A DNA stretch of 64,000 bases from an uncultured bacterium (lineage in GTDB: Bacteria; Desulfobacterota_D; UBA1144; Nemesobacterales; UBA2774): the NCBI GenBank assembly GCA_963705505.1, contig CAVPJU010000003.1, forward strand, positions 256,001 to 320,000, in the 5' to 3' direction. Shown one piece after another: positions 1 to 11,162 of this stretch. Each line of letters starts with the position of its first letter. Position 1 is the stretch's first letter. A program made the translations under genes and the position numbers. The notes under the pieces are model-generated. The model saw nothing but the letters and a program-made list of their open reading frames with translations. It ran no database searches and was not told the DNA's origin.

Positions 1-89
1 GTTCTCAGGTTATACAGAAAATGATACAGGACCTGAGACGAAAGGCAGAAATCGTACCGAACGCCGAATTATTTCCTTCTCAAGGATGA
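1..89 (+). CDS. 3' end of an upstream gene, possibly a SurA/PpiD-type chaperone or PPIase (partial)
   Basis: Frame 3 is open from the window edge to TGA at 87-89 and reads SQVIQKMIQDLRRKAEIVPNAELFPSQG*. The LRxKAEI ending resembles SurA/PpiD C-termini. Confidence 0.4.
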   Translation, partial: SQVIQKMIQDLRRKAEIVPNAELFPSQG

Positions 90-115
90 TAGCTGGGATA
101 AGGGGACATATATAA

Positions 116-2860
116 TTGTCTAAAAGAGCTCTTATAATCGGATCAGACGCGGATTACTGCTACATCATAAAGGAGTTCCTGGTTCTAAGAGAGCTATATG
201 TCACCGTAGTCTTAAATTACAAAGACGGCATCGACAGACTCTTTTATGAAAAACCCGATTTGACCATTCTGGAGCTCACGGCTCGCGGATCGGTCGAGAA
301 CCACATAAATGCGATAAAAAATTCAAATGAATTCGAGATTATTGACTTCACGAGGATTGAGGGGCCGGAAAAAGGAACCAAAGCCGTATTGATCTTCGAC
401 GATAAATCCCGGATTAATTCCCTTTTCGACTTCCTCAGACACAACTACTCAAATCCAGTGACTGAAGAATCACCCGACACCGAAGACGAGGGGAGCCTCG
501 GCTCCACGTTTTATCCGAGTCTGCTCGTCGATATCTACACCAAGAAAAGAAGCGGGATTCTATCCATTACCTCGAATACCGAATTGATAATTTATTTTAT
601 AAACGGCAGCCCGGTTTTCGCAGAGGGAGGAGACGTCGAAACGGCGATAGGGAAAATACTGCTCGACAGCGGCAAGATAAATGAGGAAACATACGAGAAG
701 GCTCTGGACATCGCCACAAAGAACAAACAGAAATTCGGACAAATACTGTTCGAAATGGGCATAACGTCCCCTCACGAACTCAACAGTTTTCTCGAATTTC
801 AGATACAGGAAAAAATACTGAGAGGGTTTTATTACATCAACGGAAAATATGTTTTTAAAAGCGGTGATGATTTCGCAGACAGGATAGTTTCATATCAGGT
901 CAATTTGTCCAAGGTAATTTACGAAGGGGTTAAAAGGTATATAGATGTGGAGAGCCTGGATGAAAGAAACCCGGTAATCGAAATTGACCCTAAATTAAAG
1001 AGCGATATTAACAGCCTGGGTCTCAAACCCAAAGAACTCCGGTTTGTACAGCTTTTAAAGGAGAGGTCGACCGTAAAGGATGTGCTCGAAACATCGAGGC
1101 TCGATAAACCGGAAACCCTTAAGCTCTTATACTTTCTTTCCCTGTTCAAACTGCTGAGCATCTCCGGAATTTCACCGGACGCGATAGGCAGAGCCTCTAT
1201 TGAAAAGCTCGTCAGGGAAAAGGAAGCGGCCGGGGAATCAAAAGAAACTCAAAGGTTTACATCGGATGCCGAAAACGCGTTCAGCATGAGCGAAGACATA
1301 CAATCAGCCTTTTTAAACCTGACCGCTCAGGCTGATGCCGGCACGGATGACGCGGGGGGATTTCCGTTCGGCGCGTCTAAAGATCCGGTACCCGAAGCGC
1401 GGGCAGAGAGCGGACACGAAACCGGGAGTGAAGAATTAATTACAAATAAATCCGCAGATACGGTGGAAATATCCCCGGTTTCCGAAATAGCCGGGGAAAA
1501 CCGGGCAGAGGGCGATGCGCAGTTTTTTGAGCCCGCCTCCGGGTCACATGAGGAAGACGGGAATCACGAGGCCTCTGAGGAAACATCCGACCTGCGCCAG
1601 CATGAAGACGATTGGAAGGAACGGGCCTTTTACATGCCCGAGACCCCGGAGGCACAGGCGAGGTCCGAAAACCAATATACGGCTTCTGAAGGGAGCACCG
1701 ATAATATTGATCTTGGTGAACGGGGTGAAGGAAAAACCCCATGGCTGACTGAGGAAAGCACACCTGGCTATGAAATCGAGCTCGACTTGGGTCCCGAGCC
1801 CGCCGAGCCCGATACGGAAATTGACGAGGAGTCCGCCTTTAACCCGAAGGAGCAGGGAAGCGTTCAGGCCGAGAGCTTGAGCCCCGAGCCGGAATTGGAG
1901 CTGGAAAGAGATTCTGACCGGTACTCGACTCAGGAACATACACCGTCTTCCGGCAGCATAAACGACCTGTTTCAGCCTTACACGGACGCCGTAGACAAAA
2001 AGGAAACGGATACGGAAATCAGCGAGACTGCGGACGCTGAGGAATTCGAGTTGATTTTAGCAGACCAGTCTCCGGGCCCCGCAAATGCCGGCGACACACA
2101 GAATGATTGGATGGGGAAAACTCATTCCGCCGCGTTTAATGAGCGGGTAACGGAATTCTATTCTACGATGGACGAAAAAGATTACTACCAAATCCTGGGA
2201 GTGACTCAGGAAGCCCAGACCGAAGAAATTAGAGACGCCTATTATAAACTCGTAAAATTTTACCATCCCGACGTCAACCCTAACGCGGACCACGAAATAA
2301 AGGTAAAGGCGGAAGAAATATTCACAAGAGTCACGACCGCTTACGAAACACTTTCGGAAGCTGACAAAAGGAAGCAATACGACTCCCATGAGGAGCTTGC
2401 CGAGCTCAAAACCCAGGCTAAATACATATATGAAGCGGAAATGGCTTTTAAGAAAGGCATTACTCTGCTGGTACAGCGGGATTATGTCGAAGCGGAAAAG
2501 AAAATAAGGGAAGCGGTAAACATGAACCCCGATGAAGCTGCATATCTGGGGGCACACGCATGGACCCGGTTCCTCGCCGCAGAGGACAAGTCAGCAGTCC
2601 TCGAAGAAGTCAAAGGGTCCCTGGAAAAAGCTTTAAAAATGAACGAAAAGATACCAGAAAATTATTTCTACCTGGGGTCCGTATACAAGTTCACGAACGA
2701 TCCGAAAAAGGCGGAAAGGTATTACGAAAAGGCCCTCGAACTGGATCCGGATTATATTGAAGCAAAACGAGAGATCCGCCTCATCAATACACGCAAAACA
2801 GAAAGTAAAAACGATAAAAGAGTCGAAAAAAAGTTCTGGTCCAGCATTTTTAAGAAATAA
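116..2860 (+). CDS. Multidomain J-domain protein: pseudo-receiver, DUF4388-like domain, acidic linker, DnaJ domain, TPR repeats
   Basis: DYYQILGV...YHPDVN J-domain with HPD motif; C-terminal TPRs (AERYYEKALELDPDY); SGILSI...IYFINGSPVFA DUF4388-like segment; receiver-like N-terminus; TTG start. Confidence 0.8.
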   Translation: MSKRALIIGSDADYCYIIKEFLVLRELYVTVVLNYKDGIDRLFYEKPDLTILELTARGSVENHINAIKNSNEFEIIDFTRIEGPEKGTKAVLIFDDKSRINSLFDFLRHNYSNPVTEESPDTEDEGSLGSTFYPSLLVDIYTKKRSGILSITSNTELIIYFINGSPVFAEGGDVETAIGKILLDSGKINEETYEKALDIATKNKQKFGQILFEMGITSPHELNSFLEFQIQEKILRGFYYINGKYVFKSGDDFADRIVSYQVNLSKVIYEGVKRYIDVESLDERNPVIEIDPKLKSDINSLGLKPKELRFVQLLKERSTVKDVLETSRLDKPETLKLLYFLSLFKLLSISGISPDAIGRASIEKLVREKEAAGESKETQRFTSDAENAFSMSEDIQSAFLNLTAQADAGTDDAGGFPFGASKDPVPEARAESGHETGSEELITNKSADTVEISPVSEIAGENRAEGDAQFFEPASGSHEEDGNHEASEETSDLRQHEDDWKERAFYMPETPEAQARSENQYTASEGSTDNIDLGERGEGKTPWLTEESTPGYEIELDLGPEPAEPDTEIDEESAFNPKEQGSVQAESLSPEPELELERDSDRYSTQEHTPSSGSINDLFQPYTDAVDKKETDTEISETADAEEFELILADQSPGPANAGDTQNDWMGKTHSAAFNERVTEFYSTMDEKDYYQILGVTQEAQTEEIRDAYYKLVKFYHPDVNPNADHEIKVKAEEIFTRVTTAYETLSEADKRKQYDSHEELAELKTQAKYIYEAEMAFKKGITLLVQRDYVEAEKKIREAVNMNPDEAAYLGAHAWTRFLAAEDKSAVLEEVKGSLEKALKMNEKIPENYFYLGSVYKFTNDPKKAERYYEKALELDPDYIEAKREIRLINTRKTESKNDKRVEKKFWSSIFKK

Positions 2861-2958
2861 TTGAATTTCTATGCCGCGGTATCCGCCGGGAGCCGGCTTC
2901 TCGCTCGGGTTATTTACTTTTTTTAAACTTTTGATTATCTTCACTAAATACATCAGCG

Positions 2959-5900
2959 ATGAAAATCAAATCCCTGGAAATTACCGGCTTTAAATCATTC
3001 TACGAAAAGACACGGATTCATTTCGATACACGCCTGAGCGCGATAGTGGGACCCAACGGCTGCGGCAAGTCGAACGTGCTTGACGCCATCAGGTGGATAC
3101 TGGGCGAGCAGAATCCGAGGCAGCTGAGAGCGAATGTAATGGAAGAGGTGATTTCAAACGGAAGCGAGTTTATGAAGCCCCTCGGGATGGCTGAGGTATC
3201 TCTCGTCATGGAAAGGGTGCCGAGCTACAATTTCGAGGAGGTGGAAATCAAACGCAGGGTCTTCCGGTCAGGCGATACCGAATACTTCCTGAACGGGGTC
3301 TCATGCAGGCTTAAGGACATCACGGACATTTTCATCGATACCGGGTCGGGCGCCAGGGCTTACTCCGTCATCGGACAGGGCAGAGTGGATCAGATGATCA
3401 CGGCGAAACCCGAGGATAAAAGGACACTCATCGAAGAAGTGGCCGGAATCAGGAAGTACAAGATAAGGCGGAGGGAAACGGAGACGCGCATCAAAACGAC
3501 AAAGGAGAACCTGAGCCGTGTAAAAGACATGACGAACGAAGTGAAGCGGCAGATGGATACACTCAGCCTTCAGGCCAAGCACGCCGAAGAATTCAGGGAA
3601 ATATCGGAAGAAGCGAGGAGGCTCGAAGCCAGAATACTGAGGGCGAGGCTCGAGAGGCTTGAGAAGAAAATGAAAGCCGTGCTTGAAGAAAAGGCAGCAG
3701 TCGACCAGTCTATAGCCAAATCCGAAGAAGAGATCATACAGATTGTTAACCTCGTCAAGAAATTAAATAACCAGTCATTCATTACGGACGATAAAATCAG
3801 AGAGTTTGAAAACGAAATCTACAGGACCAGGACCGACCTCCAATCAAAAATATCCTCGCAAGAGTTAATCAAGACGGAAATATCGAGTATAGAGAGGTTC
3901 ATAGAAAAAATAGAAAGCGAATCCGTCCTCCTCGCCGGTGAAAGCAGGAACCTGGCGGCGCAGACAGAAATCAAAAAAAGGGTTCTCGAAGAAGTGAAAT
4001 CCGAATTACAGAGTGAGAAAGCCCAGATAGAAGAGAAAGAAAGCACATTGTCATCAATTAAGGCCGGCTTCTCCGAAATCCGCACCGAACACCAGGAGAT
4101 AAGAGCCTCTCTGTTTAAAACCCTTGACCAATACAGCTCTATCAAAGGTGCGGCATTGGGTTACGAGAAGGAATTAAAAGACCTCTATTCAAGAAAAGAG
4201 GGAATCGAAAATGAGCTTGTCGAAATAGACCTAGAGCGCAAAGGCGCAGCGGATGAAATCTCGAGGCTCGAGCAAACCCTGGCCGAGAATGAATCAAAGA
4301 AGCACAATGTTTCCGGCTCCAGAGACCGCCTTCAGGCGTCCCTTTCGTCCGTCAAAGAGATACAGGGACAGAAACGGGGTGAAAGCGACGCGCTTATGGA
4401 GCGTCTCAAGGAAAATGCGTCGAGGCTCACCGCGCTTCATCAGATACAGGCGAATTACGAATGGCTCCCGGAGGGAATAAGGAACTTCATACTCGAACAC
4501 AAGGGTAACGGCGTGCTCGGAACCGTATCGGATTTTATCTCGGTCCCGGAAGGATTCGAACGAGCCGTGGAAGCCGCGCTCGGGGATAAGATCAAATGGA
4601 TCCTCGTTGAGGAAAACGCCCAGGCGCTCAAAGCTATAGGTTCTCTGAGAGAGCGCTCCCTCGGCAGGGGAACATTCGTTTCGGCCAGGAGCGACGAAGC
4701 GTTAGCAACGTCAAACGGAAACCCGGTCAATGCGCAGCCGCTTTCCGACATTGTTTCCCTCGATAACAAACTCGGCATAATCGAGAACGTGCTCAAGAGC
4801 GTATATATGGTTTCCACGATCGATGAGGCTTTGGAACTGCGCTCGGGAGCGGGCGGAGGCGCGTCTTTCGTTACGGCTGAGGGCGATTGTCTGCACTCGG
4901 ACGGAGCTATTTCCGGCGGCACGGCTCAGCCGGGGGTGCTCGAGAGGAAACGGGAAATCGAGAATCTCAAAATCGTTATCGGCGACCTCCAGAATGAGAT
5001 AGATAAATTGACTCTCGAAATAGAGGCCGGAGAGCTCGAGATAGGGAGCCTCAATTCCGGAATAAAGGAGTATGAGAACGAGCTTGTCGAGATTGAAATC
5101 AGCGATGCGGAAACGAGGAAAGACATACTTAATTTTAAAAATAACCTTGAGAAACTGGACAGACGCATCGAGATAATAAACCAGAGCCTTAAAAAAACCG
5201 ATACCGAGACAGACGAAAAGCTCGTCCTTATAGACGAGACCAGGGCCAAGATAGTCAGGCTCGATTCGGAGAAATCGGTCCTGGAGCAAAGATTCGGGGA
5301 AATCGAGGTAAAAATCAAGAGGGCTGAAGAAGAGGAGCGCTCGGTTGAAAGGGAAATCGCGGAAAAGAAGGTCAGGTGCGCCTCTCTAGCCGAAAAGGAA
5401 AAAAGCCTTCTAGAGGATTTAACCGAGCTTGAAAACAGGATAAGGGACATTGATAACCGGCTCCTGCTCGAATCCAGGAACATAGAGGAAAAGAAGCAGG
5501 AGAAGATGAGCTTCATTGAAAAAGACAGATACACGGTAGAAGAGATAAGCGGCATCAATATCGTCCTTACGGAAAACGAAGAGAAGCTCTTGGCTTTGAA
5601 AAACGAAAGGAGCGTTCTCCTGCAGGATATCGCAGCGACAAACGAAAAGAGGGAAAGCCTGAATGCCCTGTTATCCGATCTGAGACTCAAAAACAATTCC
5701 CTCGAGCTCGACCTCAACAGCCTGCAGATCGAGTCGGAGAACATCAACGGCATCATGGAGAGGAGCAATCTGTCCGAAATCGGATTAAGCTCGGCCGATA
5801 GAGACTCTCCCGACGCTCAGGATCTCATGAACATAAATCTCCCGGAAGAGGAAGCCAGGTTGAGAAAGCTTCAGGCTCAGATCGAAAAATTCGGACCCGT

Positions 5901-6483
5901 GAACCTGCTGGCTCCCGAGGAATATAACAAGCTCGACGAAAGGTACACATTCCTCAACGAGCAGATGGATGACCTCACCCAGGCGATTAATTCGCTCGGG
6001 AAGGCTATCAGCAAGATCGACAAGGAGTCCGAAAAGAGGTTTAGCGAAACCTTCGAGCTCATGGATCAGAAATTCCAGGAGATATTCAGCCGCCTGTTCA
6101 GGGGCGGGGAAGGCAAACTGGTGCTGACGGAGCCCGACGATATGCTTGAGTCCGGGGTGGAGGTCATGGTCAGGCCCCGGGGCAAAAAATTCCAGTCCAT
6201 CAGCCTGCTTTCGGGAGGCGAAAAGGCCCTCTCGGCGATCGCCCTCATAATAGCAGCCTGCCTGATAAAACCGGCGCCTTTCCTGCTTTTTGACGAGATA
6301 GACGCCCCGCTCGACGACAGAAACACTTCGTATTTCATCGAACTCGTTAAAGAAATAGACAGCAATTCCCAAGTGATTTTGATAACTCATAACAAAAAGA
6401 CCATGCAGGAAGTAAACTCCCTGATCGGCATAACATCCAACAGGACGGGTACTTCGACTGTAGTTTCGGTCGATCTCAACTGA
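2959..6483 (+). CDS. smc: Chromosome segregation protein SMC
   Basis: Walker A GPNGCGKSN, long coiled coils, hinge, LSGGEK signature, FDEIDAPLD Walker B/D-loop. Confidence 0.97.
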   Translation: MKIKSLEITGFKSFYEKTRIHFDTRLSAIVGPNGCGKSNVLDAIRWILGEQNPRQLRANVMEEVISNGSEFMKPLGMAEVSLVMERVPSYNFEEVEIKRRVFRSGDTEYFLNGVSCRLKDITDIFIDTGSGARAYSVIGQGRVDQMITAKPEDKRTLIEEVAGIRKYKIRRRETETRIKTTKENLSRVKDMTNEVKRQMDTLSLQAKHAEEFREISEEARRLEARILRARLERLEKKMKAVLEEKAAVDQSIAKSEEEIIQIVNLVKKLNNQSFITDDKIREFENEIYRTRTDLQSKISSQELIKTEISSIERFIEKIESESVLLAGESRNLAAQTEIKKRVLEEVKSELQSEKAQIEEKESTLSSIKAGFSEIRTEHQEIRASLFKTLDQYSSIKGAALGYEKELKDLYSRKEGIENELVEIDLERKGAADEISRLEQTLAENESKKHNVSGSRDRLQASLSSVKEIQGQKRGESDALMERLKENASRLTALHQIQANYEWLPEGIRNFILEHKGNGVLGTVSDFISVPEGFERAVEAALGDKIKWILVEENAQALKAIGSLRERSLGRGTFVSARSDEALATSNGNPVNAQPLSDIVSLDNKLGIIENVLKSVYMVSTIDEALELRSGAGGGASFVTAEGDCLHSDGAISGGTAQPGVLERKREIENLKIVIGDLQNEIDKLTLEIEAGELEIGSLNSGIKEYENELVEIEISDAETRKDILNFKNNLEKLDRRIEIINQSLKKTDTETDEKLVLIDETRAKIVRLDSEKSVLEQRFGEIEVKIKRAEEEERSVEREIAEKKVRCASLAEKEKSLLEDLTELENRIRDIDNRLLLESRNIEEKKQEKMSFIEKDRYTVEEISGINIVLTENEEKLLALKNERSVLLQDIAATNEKRESLNALLSDLRLKNNSLELDLNSLQIESENINGIMERSNLSEIGLSSADRDSPDAQDLMNINLPEEEARLRKLQAQIEKFGPVNLLAPEEYNKLDERYTFLNEQMDDLTQAINSLGKAISKIDKESEKRFSETFELMDQKFQEIFSRLFRGGEGKLVLTEPDDMLESGVEVMVRPRGKKFQSISLLSGGEKALSAIALIIAACLIKPAPFLLFDEIDAPLDDRNTSYFIELVKEIDSNSQVILITHNKKTMQEVNSLIGITSNRTGTSTVVSVDLN

Positions 6484-6632
6484 ACCACGCCGAAACAGGC
6501 GTAATTATCCGGAAATTTCGAACTATGAAACCGACACCCGTCCATCAGGCGTATAAGTAAGCAAAATTTGTGATGCCAGGGTTTTACACTTATACTTTTA
6601 ACGGTTTATACATATCGGAGGCTTATTAGAAA

Positions 6633-9491
6633 ATGATTTCTTACATAATGAAGAAAATTATCGGCTCCCAGAACGACAGGGAGATCAAAAGACTGGGCGC
6701 GATGGTGGATGAGGTCAACGAATACGAGAGCGATTTTTTGAACCTACCCAACAAAGCGTTTGCGGAGAAAACCGAGGAGTTCAAGGAACGGATAAAAAAC
6801 AGTCTCAACGGAAACGGCGATGCATCCGACGAGGAACATTTTAAAAAATCAGGGGAAGTGCTCCTCGAAATTCTCCCCGAGGCGTTCGCGCTGGTGAGGG
6901 AGGCGTCCCGCAGGACGCTCGGAATGCGCCCTTTCGATGTACAGCTGATCGGCGGCCTTGTCCTCCATATGGGCAGGATTGCGGAAATGAAAACGGGAGA
7001 AGGAAAAACGCTCGTAGCCGCCTTGCCCCTCTATCTAAACGGTATCACCGGTAACGGGGCACACCTGGTCACGGTAAATGACTACCTGGCAAGGCGCGAC
7101 GCGTTATGGATGGGCCCTATTTACAAGCTCCTGGGGTTGAATATCGGGGTTATCAATCATGAGATCTCGTATCTCGTGGAATGGGAGGATCCGGTAAGGG
7201 CGAAAAACGCCATAGATAATAATTTGAGCGTATGGCCGGGTGAGTATATGGACATGGAGATACCCCCCGAGAAGAACCTCGACGTGCTCGCCACATTTAA
7301 GACCAAGCTTGTCGAATGTCCGAGAAAGGAGGCGTACAGGGCGCACGCGACCTACGGCACCAACAACGAATTCGGGTTCGATTACCTGAGAGACAATATG
7401 AAGTTCTCCCTGACCGACTATGTTCAGAATGAGCATAATTTCGCGATCGTCGACGAGGTGGACAGCATCCTGATCGACGAAGCGAGGACCCCTCTTATAA
7501 TATCGGGCCCTTCCGAGGACTCGACTCAGCTTTACTACGATATAAACAACGTGGTAAAAAAACTTCAAAAGGAAGTCGATTTTACACTCGACGAAAAAAC
7601 CCGGCAGGTTACCCCTACTGAGGAAGGATCGAACAAGGTCGAAAGGGCTCTCGGCGTAAGCAACGTATATGACCCTGCAAACCTCGAGCTTCTGCATCAC
7701 GTAATACAGGGACTCCGCGCCCATAACCTCTTCCACAGGGACGTCGATTACATGGTCAAGGACGGAAAGGTCATCATCGTAGACGAATTTACGGGGAGGC
7801 TCATGCCGGGAAGGCGCTGGAGCGACGGCCTCCATCAGGCTATCGAGGCGAAAGAGGACGTCGAAATAGAGAATGAGAACCAGACTCTGGCCACCATAAC
7901 CATTCAGAACTACTTCAGAATGTACAGGAAGCTCGCGGGGATGACCGGTACCGCGGACACGGAGGCGTTCGAGTTTAAAAATATATACAATCTCGACGTA
8001 AACGTCATACCGACAAATAAACCGATGATAAGGACCGACAGGAACGACTCCGTATATAAAACGGAAAGAGAGAAGTTCAACGCCGTTGCGGAGGAGATAA
8101 AGGAGCTAAACGAGAAGGGACGCCCTATACTCGTAGGCACGACATCCATAGAGAAGTCCGAACGGCTCTCGGGCTTGCTCCAGAAGCTCCGTATCCCCCA
8201 TCAGGTGCTCAACGCAAAGCACCATGAAAACGAGGCGGAAATCGTAGCTCAGGCGGGAAGGATAGGTGCCCTGACAATTGCGACGAATATGGCCGGTCGG
8301 GGAACGGACATCATTCTCGGCGGAAACAACGAATACCTGGCACGGGACGTACTCAGGAAAAAATTCAGGGTGGAGCCTCATGAAGCCCTTCCCGAGCAGT
8401 TCGAGGAAGCGATGCTCGAAGCCAAAGTCGTTTGCGAGAATGAGAAAAAGAGGGTGCTCGAGCTGGGGGGTCTCCACATAATCGGCACGGAAAGGCATGA
8501 ATCCAGGAGGATCGACAACCAGCTGAGGGGAAGGTCGGGAAGGCAGGGCGACCCGGGCTCCTCACGGTTCTTCGTATCGCTCGAAGACGACCTCATGAGG
8601 ATATTCGCGTCTGAGACTATCACCAAGATTATGGACAGGCTCGGATGGGAAGAGGGCGAGCCCATAGAGCACAAGATGATTACACGCTCGATAGAGAACG
8701 CGCAGAAGAAGGTCGAGGGCAGGAACTTCGACATTAGGAAGCACCTCCTCGATTACGACGACGTGCTCAATAAGCAGAGAGAGGTTATTTACAGAAAGAG
8801 AAGGGAATTTCTGGCCGGAGGGGAGAGCCTGAAAGATAACCTCTATGAAATGGCCGACGAGATTATCGAAGACCTCTCTTCGGAGATGGTCCCCGAAAAA
8901 GGGAAATCCGACGAAGCGGACCTAGGCGATCTGAAAGAAGCCGTGCGCGGCTCGTTCAATATTCAATTAGAACTCGGCGAGATGGCTCAAGACGGGATCA
9001 GAAGGGAAGCCGTTACCGAGCATATACAGAATAAAATCCGTGAGTTTTATGAGTCCAAAGAGAGCGAAATAGGACCTGAAACCATGAGGCAGATAGAAAG
9101 ATACATCATGCTTCAGACACTCGATTTCCTCTGGAAAGACCACTTGCTGAACATGGACCATCTGCGTGAAGGGATAGGGCTCAGAGGATATGCGCAGCGC
9201 GACCCTCTCCACGAATACAAACGCGAAGGGTTCGATATGTTCTCTTCTCTCATGAACCGCCTTTCCTACGACGTATGCGAAAAGCTTTTCAGGGTCCAGC
9301 CCGTAAGCGAAACCGATATGGAAAGACTCGAGAGGAGAAGGAGAACCGAGCAGCAGCGGATGACTTTAAGCAGGGGCGAAGAAGAAGAGAACAAGAAACC
9401 GGTCAAGAGACACGACAAAAAGGTGGGAAGGAACGACCCGTGCCCCTGCGGAAGCGGCAAGAAATATAAAAAATGCTGCGGCACCACATAG
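6633..9491 (+). CDS. secA: Preprotein translocase subunit SecA
   Basis: [38 protein letters not shown]-terminal SEC-C motif [18 protein letters not shown]. Confidence 0.98.
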   Translation: MISYIMKKIIGSQNDREIKRLGAMVDEVNEYESDFLNLPNKAFAEKTEEFKERIKNSLNGNGDASDEEHFKKSGEVLLEILPEAFALVREASRRTLGMRPFDVQLIGGLVLHMGRIAEMKTGEGKTLVAALPLYLNGITGNGAHLVTVNDYLARRDALWMGPIYKLLGLNIGVINHEISYLVEWEDPVRAKNAIDNNLSVWPGEYMDMEIPPEKNLDVLATFKTKLVECPRKEAYRAHATYGTNNEFGFDYLRDNMKFSLTDYVQNEHNFAIVDEVDSILIDEARTPLIISGPSEDSTQLYYDINNVVKKLQKEVDFTLDEKTRQVTPTEEGSNKVERALGVSNVYDPANLELLHHVIQGLRAHNLFHRDVDYMVKDGKVIIVDEFTGRLMPGRRWSDGLHQAIEAKEDVEIENENQTLATITIQNYFRMYRKLAGMTGTADTEAFEFKNIYNLDVNVIPTNKPMIRTDRNDSVYKTEREKFNAVAEEIKELNEKGRPILVGTTSIEKSERLSGLLQKLRIPHQVLNAKHHENEAEIVAQAGRIGALTIATNMAGRGTDIILGGNNEYLARDVLRKKFRVEPHEALPEQFEEAMLEAKVVCENEKKRVLELGGLHIIGTERHESRRIDNQLRGRSGRQGDPGSSRFFVSLEDDLMRIFASETITKIMDRLGWEEGEPIEHKMITRSIENAQKKVEGRNFDIRKHLLDYDDVLNKQREVIYRKRREFLAGGESLKDNLYEMADEIIEDLSSEMVPEKGKSDEADLGDLKEAVRGSFNIQLELGEMAQDGIRREAVTEHIQNKIREFYESKESEIGPETMRQIERYIMLQTLDFLWKDHLLNMDHLREGIGLRGYAQRDPLHEYKREGFDMFSSLMNRLSYDVCEKLFRVQPVSETDMERLERRRRTEQQRMTLSRGEEEENKKPVKRHDKKVGRNDPCPCGSGKKYKKCCGTT

Positions 9492-9502
9492 GGGAACCCC
9501 AG

Positions 9503-10444
9503 TTGGAACCGTCTGAGTTTATCGGCAAGATCAGAAGCCTGGAAGCAAATATAGGCGGCGTATTAAAGGGGAAACCCGGGATTGTAAAAACGGCTATTGT
9601 GGCCCTTCTGTCCAGGTCGCACATGCTGATCGAAGACGTCCCGGGGGTCGGAAAAACGTCCCTCGCCCACGCACTCGCAAGGTCGACAGACCTTTCGTTC
9701 GGGAGAATCCAGTTCACGAGCGACCTCCTGCCCTCCGACATACTGGGCGTATCCGTCCTAGAACAATCGACCGGGGATTTCAAATTCAAACCGGGCCCCA
9801 TATTCGCGAATATAGTCCTCGCTGACGAAATAAACAGAGCAACTCCCAAGACTCAAAGCGCGCTGCTCGAAGCGATGAACGAGGCGAAGGCTACGATCGA
9901 CGGGACGTCATACGATATCCCGAAACCGTTCATGGTAATCGCGACTCAAAATCCCTTCGAGTATAAAGGGACATTCCCTCTCCCGGAGAACCAGCTCGAC
10001 AGATTCGCATTGAGGATCAGCATAGGTTATCCGGACAGGGAGAGCGAAAAGCAGATATTGTCGTCATCGAGCCCGGTTAACTCTTGGGACAGCATAAAAC
10101 CCGTAATATCAAAAGAAGAGGTCACGCTGCTTCAAAGAATGTCGGAGAAGGTCAGGATAGACGAGTCCATTCTCGATTACATCCTTGCAATAATAAACGA
10201 AACCAGGAACCCCAAGATGTTCGAGCTCGGCGTGAGCCCGAGGGGAGCGATTGCGCTTAAGAACACCGCGCAATCCCGTGCTCTCACGGACGGAAGGACT
10301 TTCTGTATACCGGAGGACGTAAAGGAAATGGCGGTCCCTGTCCTCGCGCACAGGGTCATACTCCGTAACGAGCGTTTTATGGGGCAGGGAGGCGAGGAGG
10401 AAGCTTTAAGGGAAGTCCTCGGGAACGTAAAGGTGCCGGTTTAA
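9503..10444 (+). CDS. MoxR family AAA+ ATPase
   Basis: EDVPGVGKT, RIQFTSDLLPSDILG, DEINRATPKTQSALLEAM. TTG start at 9503 after GGGGA is preferred over the track start at 9473, which overlaps secA. Confidence 0.92.
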   Translation: MEPSEFIGKIRSLEANIGGVLKGKPGIVKTAIVALLSRSHMLIEDVPGVGKTSLAHALARSTDLSFGRIQFTSDLLPSDILGVSVLEQSTGDFKFKPGPIFANIVLADEINRATPKTQSALLEAMNEAKATIDGTSYDIPKPFMVIATQNPFEYKGTFPLPENQLDRFALRISIGYPDRESEKQILSSSSPVNSWDSIKPVISKEEVTLLQRMSEKVRIDESILDYILAIINETRNPKMFELGVSPRGAIALKNTAQSRALTDGRTFCIPEDVKEMAVPVLAHRVILRNERFMGQGGEEEALREVLGNVKVPV

Positions 10445-10520
10445 AACCGGTAATGACAGAAAGGGCATGGTAAACTATAAAAGGTTCTGGTGTGATTAAG
10501 AGATCGCAACGGAGGAAAAA

Positions 10521-10799
10521 ATGAACCCTAACCGGAAAATTTATTTTTATCAGGGTAAACCGCCTGCATATCTTCTCCCCCTTATTCTGTTGTTGGGGAT
10601 CGTAGTATTCGCAATTCTTGCAGTATTCGGATTTTTTCTCGGAATCGCGGTAGGTGTCGTGCTGATTATATTCGGAATTCTGAGGCTTTTCTCATCCAAT
10701 AACAAGAAGAAGGTCAGGACTGTCGATGAGGACGGCAGAACCACTATAATTCTCGACAAAGAGGACTACGAGGTCATCGAAAAGGGGAAGAAGTATTAG
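10521..10799 (+). CDS. Small membrane protein of unknown function
   Basis: GGAGG RBS; long hydrophobic segment (probably 2 TM) followed by a charged tail. Confidence 0.7.
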   Translation: MNPNRKIYFYQGKPPAYLLPLILLLGIVVFAILAVFGFFLGIAVGVVLIIFGILRLFSSNNKKKVRTVDEDGRTTIILDKEDYEVIEKGKKY

Positions 10800-10807
10800 G
10801 GACGGGC

Positions 10808-11086
10808 TTACGTGAGACCGTCGATTTCACCGGCGAGGTTAAAGTCCTTCTCGGTGAGACCGCCTTTACTGTGTGTCGATAGGGTCAAAGTCACGTTTCT
10901 GTATTGAATGAGGATATCCGGATGGTGGTCGGCCTTCTCGGCCAGTATAGCGACCTTAGTTACGAAACCCAGAGATTCGACGAAGCTCTTATTCTTATAA
11001 ACCTTGACGATTTCATTCCCCCTCCTCTCCCAGCCTTCCAAACTCTTTAGCCTCTCGGCTATTTCAGCTTCCGATAAGAGCGCCAT
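10808..11086 (-). CDS. Pterin-4-alpha-carbinolamine dehydratase
   Basis: AEKADHHPDI and THSKGGLTEKDFNLA family motifs. Confidence 0.92.
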   Translation of the reverse strand: MALLSEAEIAERLKSLEGWERRGNEIVKVYKNKSFVESLGFVTKVAILAEKADHHPDILIQYRNVTLTLSTHSKGGLTEKDFNLAGEIDGLT

Positions 11087-11162
11087 GCCGTCTCGCCTCC
11101 CTTTTTTATAAGTTAATTGAGAGCGGTTGGATAGTCAAAAGATTGTTATTTAAACTTAAGGA

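Noticed and set aside
4455..6390. Long antisense ORFs inside smc (280, 201, 192 aa), and similar ones inside secA, the LLM gene, ispB and the hydroxylase gene
   Set aside because: They are shadows of well-supported genes on the opposite strand, with Ser/Leu/Phe-rich translations and no family motifs.
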